From the NCBI GenBank assembly GCA_050258815.1, contig JBLMZM010000053.1, forward strand, positions 20,060 through 84,059: a DNA stretch of 64,000 bases. The letters are read 5' to 3'. The notes beneath the pieces are model-generated. The model saw only the letters and a list, made by a program, of their open reading frames with translations, was not told where the DNA came from and did not search any database. Positions 46,451 through 55,111 of the stretch are shown piece after piece. Numbering within the stretch: position 1 is the first letter of the stretch; each line of letters opens with the position of its first letter. This DNA comes from Ignavibacteriales bacterium (GTDB lineage: Bacteria; Bacteroidota; Ignavibacteria; Ignavibacteriales; SURF-24). The position numbers were made by a program, and so were the translations under genes.

Positions 46451-47652
46451 AAATGTCAGGCGGACCCGGAACAAGAAACATAAAGATCATTCTGTTGATA
46501 ATTGCCTTCATTATAGCTTCCGGAACAGTTTACTATACACGCATGATCGTCGAGAAACTGCAGCACAAGGAAAAACAGATCGTGGAACTTTATGCCAAAA
46601 GCCTGGAGTATCTGGCCAATACCAATGATCCTTCGACGAACCTGACTTTTATCTTTGAAAACGTGATTAAACCCATTGACTTCCCCATTATCCTGACGGA
46701 TACTGCCGACCAGGTTAACCTGTCAAATAAATCGGGCTACAGGAACCTTCAGATTGATTCCACGCTGAGCCTGGCAGAACAGAAGAAGTTTCTGGCTAAT
46801 CAGATCAAGGATATGGACGCTATTAACCCTCCTATTATAATCTCCTACAGCGATTCCATTGTGTTCGGTAAAATTCACTACGGTGATTCGCAACTGATCA
46901 GGCAGCTGAGGAACTATCCTTATCTGCAGATCCTGTTTGCCGCAATGTTCGTTTTAATTGCTTATATAAGCTTCAGCTATATAAAGAAAAATGAACAGAG
47001 CAACATCTGGGTGGGTATGTCCAAGGAAACTGCCCATCAGCTGGGTACCCCAATATCCAGCCTGATGGGCTGGTCGGAAATACTTAAGCTCAGCCATAAT
47101 AATCCCGATAAAGTGCTTGATATTTCCGAAGAGATAAACAATGACCTTGCACGCCTTAACAAAATCACACAGAGGTTTTCCAAGATAGGCTCACAACCCG
47201 AGCTTAAGGACACAAATTTATATGAAACCGTTGAAAGAACGATTAAATACTTTGAAAGACGCCTGCCCCAGATTGGCAAGAATGTGGTCCTTAAACTCGA
47301 AGGAAATGAGGATGTCTGCGCAAAACTGAGTCCCGAACTGTTCGAGTGGGTGCTGGAAAACCTTATTAAAAATGCCCTGGATGCCATTGAAAGCAAACGC
47401 GGCAGCATTGCCTTTTCAATTACAGAAACGCACAAGCACGCTGAAATTGAGGTTAAGGATACCGGCAAGGGAATTGACCCTAAAAGAAAGAAGGATATCT
47501 TCCGCCCTGGTTATTCAACAAAAAGAAGAGGCTGGGGACTTGGGTTAAGTCTTTCCAAAAGAATAGTCGAAAATTATCATAACGGGAAAATATTCGTAAA
47601 GCATACCGGCCCTGAAGGCACTACATTTAAGATCATATTGAAAAAGACCTGA
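46447..47652 (+). CDS. membrane sensor histidine kinase
   Basis: 401 aa with two TM segments. H-box AHQLGTPISSLMGW, N-box LIKNALDA, G-boxes DTGKGI / GWGLGL. The start overlaps the amidase stop (ATGA). Confidence 0.8.
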   Translation: MKMSGGPGTRNIKIILLIIAFIIASGTVYYTRMIVEKLQHKEKQIVELYAKSLEYLANTNDPSTNLTFIFENVIKPIDFPIILTDTADQVNLSNKSGYRNLQIDSTLSLAEQKKFLANQIKDMDAINPPIIISYSDSIVFGKIHYGDSQLIRQLRNYPYLQILFAAMFVLIAYISFSYIKKNEQSNIWVGMSKETAHQLGTPISSLMGWSEILKLSHNNPDKVLDISEEINNDLARLNKITQRFSKIGSQPELKDTNLYETVERTIKYFERRLPQIGKNVVLKLEGNEDVCAKLSPELFEWVLENLIKNALDAIESKRGSIAFSITETHKHAEIEVKDTGKGIDPKRKKDIFRPGYSTKRRGWGLGLSLSKRIVENYHNGKIFVKHTGPEGTTFKIILKKT

Positions 47653-47679
47653 TCATTGCCTTAGTGTCAATATTCAGCA

Positions 47680-47735
47680 TAACTCACCTTACGCATTATA
47701 TATCTTTTTTCGGCTTAATTGCGTAAGGTGAGTTA
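47680..47735. terminator. long inverted repeat between convergent genes (possible bidirectional terminator)
   Basis: TAACTCACCTTACGCA (47680-47695) pairs with TGCGTAAGGTGAGTTA (47720-47735): 16-bp perfect arms around a 24-nt loop containing T6. Confidence 0.45.
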
Positions 47736-47778
47736 ATTTACACCTATTTTTATCCCTGCTCACAGTCGTTCATCCTTT

Positions 47779-48903
47779 TCATTTCATAAAAAACTCACCA
47801 ATCTTTTCACAAACATAATTAATCTGATCATCCTGCAATTCCGGATACATGGGCAGCGAAAGACCTCTTTCAGCCAGGGCTTCGGTTACCGGGAACTCTC
47901 CTTTTTTGTACCCAAGGTGACTGAAGCATTTCTGCAAATGTAGGGGAATAGGATAATGTAAACCGGTAGAGATACCATTTTCATTTAAATGCTTTATCAG
48001 CCTGTCTCTCATACCGGCACCATCTCTGACCTGAATTACGTACAAATGGTAAACGTGCCTGGCGTAAGGCATCTCTGCCGGTATAATAACTTCGCTCATT
48101 TCCGACAATCTGCTGCAGTACTTTTCTGCCACCTTCCTGCGCCTCTGAGTCCAGTCCTCCAGGTATTTCAACTTTACATTAAGCACCGCTCCCTGAATTC
48201 CTTCCATCCTGTAATTATGCCCATAAATTTCATGCACATATTTCTGCGACTGCCCATGCTCCCTGATCATCTTTAATTTTGTTGCGAGATCCCTTTCGTT
48301 TGTTGTTACCGCACCGCCTTCGCCGTAAGCCCCCAGGTTCTTGCCCGGATAAAAACTAAACGAAGCAACCCTGGATAATCCTCCCACACGCTTCCCTTTG
48401 TATTCTGCCATGTGCGCCTGAGCCACGTCTTCAATCAGATACAGGTTGTGCTTGTCCGCAATCCGTTTTAGTTCATCCATATCAGCCGGCTGCCCATACA
48501 AATGAACTGCTACTATTGCTTTTGTTCTTGGTGTAATTTTTTCTTCTACGCGGGCTGGATCCAGGTTGTAACCCGAAGCTTCACAATCTGCAAATACGGG
48601 TGTGGCCTGGCAGAGTGTGGCACCCCATGCAGTTGCAATAAATGTATTGGCAGGAATGATGACTTCGTCACCCGGTCCGATTCCAAGCGACCACAAGGCC
48701 ATATGATTGCCATCGGTACCTGAACTAGTGGCAATACAATGTTTTACACCGTGCATCTGTGCGAAATTTTCCTCAAAATCCGACACGCTCTTACCCAGTA
48801 TGAAAGCGCTGTTTTCAAGTACATTTTCAATTGCCGGAAGTACCTCATCTTTAATTGATCTGTATTGGCTCTTTAAATCCAGAAACGGAACTTGCATATT
48901 CAC
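47779..48903 (-). CDS. DegT/DnrJ/EryC1/StrS-family sugar aminotransferase
   Basis: 374 aa. VPFLDLKSQY N-terminus and the PLP-Lys context FSFYPGKNLGAYGEGGAVTTN. Confidence 0.9.
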   Translation of the reverse strand: MNMQVPFLDLKSQYRSIKDEVLPAIENVLENSAFILGKSVSDFEENFAQMHGVKHCIATSSGTDGNHMALWSLGIGPGDEVIIPANTFIATAWGATLCQATPVFADCEASGYNLDPARVEEKITPRTKAIVAVHLYGQPADMDELKRIADKHNLYLIEDVAQAHMAEYKGKRVGGLSRVASFSFYPGKNLGAYGEGGAVTTNERDLATKLKMIREHGQSQKYVHEIYGHNYRMEGIQGAVLNVKLKYLEDWTQRRRKVAEKYCSRLSEMSEVIIPAEMPYARHVYHLYVIQVRDGAGMRDRLIKHLNENGISTGLHYPIPLHLQKCFSHLGYKKGEFPVTEALAERGLSLPMYPELQDDQINYVCEKIGEFFMK

Positions 48904-49082
48904 CTCTTACTAATAATTAAATAATAATATTGCCAGGAGCCCCCGGCACGGGAAATCCGGTGCCTGCCCTCTTTACTGATTATAGTCATTTTGGGAGTGT
49001 ACTAACTATATATTTATTGTACACTCTAGTGTCAAACACAACCCATTGAGACATATCACTATCATTCACCCGGCTGCTTTGC

Positions 49083-50408
49083 TTACACAATCCAGGTGTA
49101 AATCAATGCCGCCACAGCCGCACTCATAACAGCAACCGAAATCCATCCGATTAGCTTTAGGGTGAACGGGATCTTAAATCTTCCCATTATTCTCCTGTCC
49201 GATGACATCAGCATCATCATGATCATGACCGGAGCTGCAATTACCCCGTTAATCGTTGCTGCCCAGAACAGGGCCTGTATTGGATTTACCGGCGTAAAAT
49301 TCAGAGTTAGCCCTAGTAATGTCGAAAGAGCTAATATTGTGTAAAAATTAATTGCATGCTTTGGCTTTTGCTCAAGCCCCACAGGCCAGCGGAACAGCTC
49401 TCCAACAGCGTAGGCTGAGGATCCTGCCAGAATCGGTATTGCCAGCATTCCCGTGCCTATGATCCCGGTGCTGAATAATAAGAATGCAAACCTGCCAGCC
49501 AGAGGCCTTAAGGCTTCAGCTGCCTGAGCTGCACTGCCGATCTCGTTTATGCCTTCCATGTGCAGCGTAAATGCTGTCGTTAGCAGAATAAAAAATATTA
49601 TTATGTTGGAGAAAGCCATTCCGATATATGTATCTATTTTTATGCGGCTGATCTGATCCGGCGCCTGTTCGGGGGCCTTCTTCAGCGGCTGATCCTCAGG
49701 AGTCGTGTTAACCTCTTCTGTTTCCTGCGAGGCCTGCCAGAAAAAAAGATAGGGACTAATGGTTGCCCCAAGTACGGCTACAACTGCAGTCAGGTAATTG
49801 GATCTGAATATAAGCTCCGGGGTAACTGCAGACTTCAGCGCCTCGGTCCAGGAGAGGTCAATAATAAACGCCGTGGCAATGTATGAGAACAGCGCCAGAG
49901 ACAGCCATTTCAGTATCCTGACATATCTGGTATATGGTATGAAAACCTGCAGTATGAGCGACAGAAATGCAAATAAAACCGAATATAGCAGCACGGGTCC
50001 CCCGATCAGCAGATTCAGTGCACTGCCCATGGCTGCAATATCCGCCCCAATATTGATTATATTGGCAATTATCATCAGCAATATTACGGTAATGCCAATC
50101 CAGGGCGGATAGTAGCGATGCATGTTTCCTGCCAGGCCGCGCCCGGTAACCCGGCCAATCCTGGCGCTGATTTCCTGCGTTGCACTCTTTAAGGGATAAG
50201 TAAAAATAACGGTCCACAACAGCCCGAGCCCAAACTGCGCACCCGACTGCGAGAACGTGGCAATGGCACTTGGGTCATCATCAGAAGCACCCGTAATTAC
50301 ACCGGGACCTAATCTTAACAGTAACCCCTTCAGTGACTTTTTGTCCGAAGATTTACTTCCCTTATTAGATTCCTCCATTTTCTGACCGGTCCCGGATTTT
50401 ATATGCAT
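49083..50408 (-). CDS. NRAMP-family divalent metal transporter
   Basis: 441 aa and polytopic. GPGVITGASDDDPSAIATFSQSGAQFG is the conserved NRAMP TM1 motif. Confidence 0.85.
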   Translation of the reverse strand: MHIKSGTGQKMEESNKGSKSSDKKSLKGLLLRLGPGVITGASDDDPSAIATFSQSGAQFGLGLLWTVIFTYPLKSATQEISARIGRVTGRGLAGNMHRYYPPWIGITVILLMIIANIINIGADIAAMGSALNLLIGGPVLLYSVLFAFLSLILQVFIPYTRYVRILKWLSLALFSYIATAFIIDLSWTEALKSAVTPELIFRSNYLTAVVAVLGATISPYLFFWQASQETEEVNTTPEDQPLKKAPEQAPDQISRIKIDTYIGMAFSNIIIFFILLTTAFTLHMEGINEIGSAAQAAEALRPLAGRFAFLLFSTGIIGTGMLAIPILAGSSAYAVGELFRWPVGLEQKPKHAINFYTILALSTLLGLTLNFTPVNPIQALFWAATINGVIAAPVMIMMMLMSSDRRIMGRFKIPFTLKLIGWISVAVMSAAVAALIYTWIV

Positions 50409-50631
50409 ACAGCGACAATTAAGTTTCTTTAGCGTGACGATTTAATATAATATAACATTGTACGCCTTTTTTGACAGAGATAAAGCCGTCCCTTAGACAA
50501 GTGATAAAATTGCTGGCAATTTTATTTCGATATTCATAAAAATATATTTGGCTATCAAAGGAGAAAATCATATATTTACTTCGATACTTATAGATATATA
50601 TTGTCAGTTAAACAGTGCAGGAGAATCAGAT

Positions 50632-50994
50632 ATGATAAATAAGTCTGAATTAAAAAAACAATACAAACAAACCCTGACGCCCATGGGCATTTTTCAGGTA
50701 AGGAATACCATAAACGGCAAGGTGCTGATAGGTAAGAGTAAAAACCTTCCCGGCAGCCTGAACAAGCACAGTTTTACTCTTAAAATGAATAGTCATACCC
50801 TTCCCGGGCTGCAGGAAGAATATAATACTTATGGCGAAAGTGCATTTGTTTTTGAAGTGCTGGACCGTCTGGAACCCAAAGAAGATCCCGCATATAATTA
50901 TGATGAGGACCTGGAAACACTGGAAAACCTGTGGCTCGAAAAACTGCAGCCTTATGATGAAAAGGGTTATAACAAAAGAAAAATACGGCGCTAA
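50632..50994 (+). CDS. GIY-YIG domain-like small protein
   Basis: The ATG at 50632 follows AGGAGA. GIFQVRNTINGKVLIGKSKNL resembles the GIY...YIG half-motifs. The ORF track starts at 50548. Confidence 0.55.
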   Translation: MINKSELKKQYKQTLTPMGIFQVRNTINGKVLIGKSKNLPGSLNKHSFTLKMNSHTLPGLQEEYNTYGESAFVFEVLDRLEPKEDPAYNYDEDLETLENLWLEKLQPYDEKGYNKRKIRR

Positions 50995-51130
50995 CCCCGG
51001 TTTTCACCATTATGTGATTAACATAACCTCAGAAATGCAAATTTACGCGCGCCTGCGTGCACTATTTTTCTCTTTCTTTATTAGGGCTTCTGTTACACCC
51101 TTGGTTTTCCCCTTCCAAATGGGTTGATAA

Positions 51131-51198
51131 TCCACCTTCAATTTATTAGTATAAAATGACTTTATACTAAACGAAGTCGATTCTAAAACGAAGGTGGA
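51131..51198 (+). promoter_or_regulatory. 5' leader structure predicted to pair with the ribosome-binding site of the DUF305 gene
   Basis: The outer stem TCCACCTTC (51131-51139) pairs with GAAGGTGGA (51190-51198); the right arm overlaps the SD AAGGTGGAGG. The inner hairpin TTAGTATAAA (51146-51155) pairs with TTTATACTAA (51161-51170). The duplicated AACGAAG (51170, 51187) offers an alternative pairing. Confidence 0.35.
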
Positions 51199-51204
51199 GG
51201 AAAT

Positions 51205-51948
51205 ATGTTCTCTAATCAGACAGGCCGGTTAAAATCATTTTTTCTTCTTGGCGTTGTTCCCCTGGCATTTGTATTATTGTTCAGCCTGCCCCGGGTAAGC
51301 AGTGCTGCCCTGGTAAACAGTTTTCAGGAAGTAACTCTTAAGCCAAATGTTTCAGAGCCTGATACCGGAATGACCGGACAATCAGGCAACATGAAGGAAA
51401 TGATGAGAAAAATGCATACCGGTATGATGAACATCAGGCAGACTGGTGACCCCGATCATGACTTTGCCGCAATGATAATTGCACACAATCAGGGTGCCAT
51501 TGGTATCTCTAAATCCGAAGTTACAAATGGCAAAGATGAAAATCTGATATCGATGGCAAAAAACGTCATTGAGGAGCAGACCAGAGACATAGAAAACCTG
51601 CAGCAGTATACAACCGGTGACACAGCTACAGTCGGTGAAAGAATGGACCATGACAAGGATATGATGGGAAAACGCGACAGCATGATGAATCATAATGATA
51701 TGACCGGTTCAACCTCCCATCAGAGAATGATGGATGATATGGATAAAATTCAGATGACTGGTGATCAGGATAAAGATTTTGCCTCAATCATGATAACGCA
51801 TGATCAGCATACAATTGATATGGCAACGCAGTATCTCCAAAAGGGAAGTAATTCGGACCTGAAGAGCACCGCACAGGACCTCATTAAAAGAAGCCAGGAC
51901 GAAATTCAGAAGCTGAAGGACTGGAGCTCCAATCAATCCACAAAATAA
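51205..51948 (+). CDS. secreted DUF305-family protein (two repeats) with Met/His-rich segments
   Basis: 247 aa with a signal peptide. There are two DUF305-like units (DHDFAAMIIAHNQGAI; DKDFASIMITHDQHTIDMA...IKRSQDEIQKLKDW), separated by Met/His/Asp-rich stretches. Confidence 0.75.
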   Translation: MFSNQTGRLKSFFLLGVVPLAFVLLFSLPRVSSAALVNSFQEVTLKPNVSEPDTGMTGQSGNMKEMMRKMHTGMMNIRQTGDPDHDFAAMIIAHNQGAIGISKSEVTNGKDENLISMAKNVIEEQTRDIENLQQYTTGDTATVGERMDHDKDMMGKRDSMMNHNDMTGSTSHQRMMDDMDKIQMTGDQDKDFASIMITHDQHTIDMATQYLQKGSNSDLKSTAQDLIKRSQDEIQKLKDWSSNQSTK

Positions 51949-51967
51949 ACAGGACTGGTAAAAATAA

Positions 51968-51995
51968 AAAAGGGCAAAACCATCTTTGCCCTTTT
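51968..51995. terminator. bidirectional intrinsic terminator
   Basis: AAAAGGGCAAA (51968-51978) pairs with TTTGCCCTTTT (51985-51995) around a 6-nt loop, between convergent genes. Confidence 0.7.
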
Positions 51996-52022
51996 AGTAA
52001 TTAATTGAAGTGCCCTTTTCAA

Positions 52023-52706
52023 TTAATCCTCCTCATCCTCATCTAATTCAATTAATTCCTTGGATTCATCCTGATTCTCAAGATCCCTGGTATAAATGTA
52101 CTCATCATAGAATTCCTCATATTCATCATTTACCATTTCAACAAATTTGTCCATCTGTGTCAGTATGTTATCAGCATCTCCAAACAGGTTATTCATCTGC
52201 ATTACCGTGTCACTCGAAATCAGGCTCGCAATTTTGTTGTTTAGTGAATTCCTGAAGTATTCGATTTTTATACCAAGGTTGTGAATACTGTTTGTAGTTA
52301 TCCCAAATTTTTTCAATTCAACAATATGCTTCAATGCCAGGATGCGGATTGCCTCGGCCTTGTTCGTCAGTTCAGCATCAAGCAGCCTGATGAAATGACT
52401 CTGCGTCAGCCTTGTCTTTTCCCTCAGCTCAACATTGTTGGTCTGTCTTGCAAAATTAAACAGCGCGGAGGTTACCGGAACCAATGCCACAAGAAGGTCA
52501 TCCTTCCTGTTAGCATTGATAATGGTTTTCTCCAGAATCTCCGATGAGAGTTCTTTTTCTTTGCGCCTTATCTCATCCATCACCTTGCGCAATTTAATTA
52601 TGTTCGAGCTAAATGACCTGATGCCCGAGGTAATATCCTTATTCTCGGCTAACAGGCCTAAAACGGCTTCATACATTCCCATTTTTTTCTTTTCAATATC
52701 GTTCAT
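52023..52706 (-). CDS. hypothetical all-helical protein with acidic C-terminus (family A, copy 1)
   Basis: 227 aa with no signal peptide. It shares a conserved layout with 58093-58839 (see findings). Confidence 0.55.
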   Translation of the reverse strand: MNDIEKKKMGMYEAVLGLLAENKDITSGIRSFSSNIIKLRKVMDEIRRKEKELSSEILEKTIINANRKDDLLVALVPVTSALFNFARQTNNVELREKTRLTQSHFIRLLDAELTNKAEAIRILALKHIVELKKFGITTNSIHNLGIKIEYFRNSLNNKIASLISSDTVMQMNNLFGDADNILTQMDKFVEMVNDEYEEFYDEYIYTRDLENQDESKELIELDEDEED

Positions 52707-52936
52707 AATGCCCTCTATATTTGTTCTCTTTCGTGTCGGTTAAAACATAAATCAAAATGCTCACCCATCCCCCGAAAACTTCTGATTAAAAATAATACTA
52801 CAATTTTTAACAGAATATAGGGGTTTATCTGAAAATAATGTAAGTACTTTACTTACATGAGGTTTTTCAATTTTTATTACACGGGTGAAGGGTATTTTAT
52901 ATTTAACTTTTAGTTTTATTGTTATATATTTGGCAA

Positions 52937-55111
52937 ATGCCGAAACCATTAAAAATATTATTGATTATTCCCCCGTTCTCCCAGATCAATTCGCCCTACC
53001 CGTCTGCGGGTCAGCTATCGGGTTTTCTTAGGTCAAAGGATTACGACGTTTCCAGCTTCGATCTCTCGCTTGCTTCAGCACTCAGGGTGTTTTCAAAACA
53101 GGGACTTGCCACCGTCTTCAGCAGGATAGCTGGACGGGAATATGACAGTGAATTTATTCAGAGGGCACTCAGCCTGTCAGATCAATATATAAATGTCATT
53201 GATCCGGTCATTGCATTCATGCAGGGGAAAAATCCAAATCTTGCATACAGGATCATACAGGAAGGCTTCCTCCCGCAGGGAGAATCCTTTGCCTCGGGAT
53301 CAGAAGACAATAAGGCATTCGGATACTTCAGCCTGCAGGATAAGGCTAAGTATTACTGCTCACTGTTTATTGATGATATAACAAAAATTATAAGCAGGAC
53401 TATTGCTCCGCACTTCGGGCTCAGCCGCTATGCAGAAAGGATTGCTCAGAGCCCTCCTTATTTTGATCCTGTCCTTCAGGAGCTCAGTCGTCCCTTAAAT
53501 CTGATTGAAGAAATTATAATAAGTGAAACAGACGCCGTAATTAAAAAGAGAACACCCGATGTGGTTGGCTTTACGGTTCCTTTCCCGGGTAACCTGCTGG
53601 GAGCACTCATAGCTGCAAGATACATAAAGACCAACAACCCCGGCATTAAAGTTGTCTTCGGCGGAGGATATATAAATACCGAGCTCAGAAAGCTTGAAGA
53701 CAAACGCATCTTCGATTATACGGACTATATAACTTATGACGACGGGGAACTGCCGCTTCTTAATATTCTTTATAACCTTGAGGGGAAAGGCAGCTGTTAC
53801 GTAAGAACCCTTATGCGCGTGAACAACAGACTTGAATATATTGATGATGCGCCGCTGAAAAACCTCCCATTTGATGAACTCTCCGCTCCTTCATTAGAGG
53901 GCATAGTTCCTGAGGATTACGTCCCAATGACTGAAATGCTCAACCCCATGCACAGGATATGGTCCGACGGCTACTGGAATAAACTTTCAGTTGCACACGG
54001 ATGCTACTGGAGGAAGTGCACTTTCTGCGATATAACTCTGGACTATATTAAACGCTATTCGCCGGCTAAAGCCTCTACTGTCGTAAACTGGATGGAAGAA
54101 ATGATGGCCCTTAGCGGAAAGTCCGCATTCCATTTTACCGATGAAGCAGCTCCGCCAGCCCTTCTGAAGGAACTGGCACTTGAGATCCTCCGGCGGAAGC
54201 TTATCATTAGCTGGTGGGGGAATATACGCTTTGAGAAGGCATTTACCCGGGATCTTTGCAGACTGCTGGCACTCTCGGGCTGTATTGCGGTAAGCGGAGG
54301 ACTGGAGGTTGCAGATGAAAGGCTGCTTCAACTAATAAATAAGGGGGTCACACTTAGCCAGGTAGCTAATGTCTGCCATGCTTTCCAGCAATCCGGTATC
54401 ATGGTCCACGCATATCTTATGTACGGATTTCCAACTGAGTCCGAGCAGGAACTTATAAACAGCCTGGAAATGGTCAGGCAATTCCTGAAGGCGGGACTTT
54501 TCCAGTCGGGTTTCTGGCACCAGTTTGCACTCACTGTACACAGCCCGGTTGCCATTGATCCCGGGAAATTTAACATTGAGATACTTTCATCTGCCAGCAA
54601 TCCTTTTGCAAATAATGACCTTTTACACAAGGATCTTAACGGAATCGATTACAGCAGATATTCAAAAGGACTAAACAAGGCTCTTTATAATTACATGCAT
54701 GGAGTAGGGCTCAACTGGGATGTAACAAAGTGGTTTCAGTTCCGGGTACCCGGGAGTAATCTCGATAAGGACCTTATACAAAACTGTCTCACTAAAGCGA
54801 AGGAAGACAGCCCGGTTGCAGAGCGTGCACAGGCACTCTGGATTGCAGCCCCGCCTGTGCTTGAAAAACATGGTAACGACAGGATAACGTTAACCGTAAA
54901 CTCCAATGCTGTAATCGGAAGCTGGACGCTTGAGAACAGGATAGGCCGGTGGATTGCTCATCTGGCTGAAGCCTCCGGGATAAACTCAAAGGAGACTTCA
55001 ACATTTGCCGGCCTCAGGGATACTTTTCCGGGCGGGGTTTCCGCCTTTGATGACTTCACCCGCACAGACACATGGCATGAACTAAGAGAGCACGTCCTGC
55101 TCTTCGTCTGA
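52937..55111 (+). CDS. B12-binding-domain-type radical SAM protein (large, function unknown)
   Basis: ATG at 52937. N-terminal Rossmann-like KILLIIPPFSQ / DVVGFTVPFPGN / VVFGGGYIN, the cluster site HGCYWRKCTFCD, and a TIM-barrel-like core. The protein is 724 aa. Confidence 0.75.
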   Translation: MPKPLKILLIIPPFSQINSPYPSAGQLSGFLRSKDYDVSSFDLSLASALRVFSKQGLATVFSRIAGREYDSEFIQRALSLSDQYINVIDPVIAFMQGKNPNLAYRIIQEGFLPQGESFASGSEDNKAFGYFSLQDKAKYYCSLFIDDITKIISRTIAPHFGLSRYAERIAQSPPYFDPVLQELSRPLNLIEEIIISETDAVIKKRTPDVVGFTVPFPGNLLGALIAARYIKTNNPGIKVVFGGGYINTELRKLEDKRIFDYTDYITYDDGELPLLNILYNLEGKGSCYVRTLMRVNNRLEYIDDAPLKNLPFDELSAPSLEGIVPEDYVPMTEMLNPMHRIWSDGYWNKLSVAHGCYWRKCTFCDITLDYIKRYSPAKASTVVNWMEEMMALSGKSAFHFTDEAAPPALLKELALEILRRKLIISWWGNIRFEKAFTRDLCRLLALSGCIAVSGGLEVADERLLQLINKGVTLSQVANVCHAFQQSGIMVHAYLMYGFPTESEQELINSLEMVRQFLKAGLFQSGFWHQFALTVHSPVAIDPGKFNIEILSSASNPFANNDLLHKDLNGIDYSRYSKGLNKALYNYMHGVGLNWDVTKWFQFRVPGSNLDKDLIQNCLTKAKEDSPVAERAQALWIAAPPVLEKHGNDRITLTVNSNAVIGSWTLENRIGRWIAHLAEASGINSKETSTFAGLRDTFPGGVSAFDDFTRTDTWHELREHVLLFV

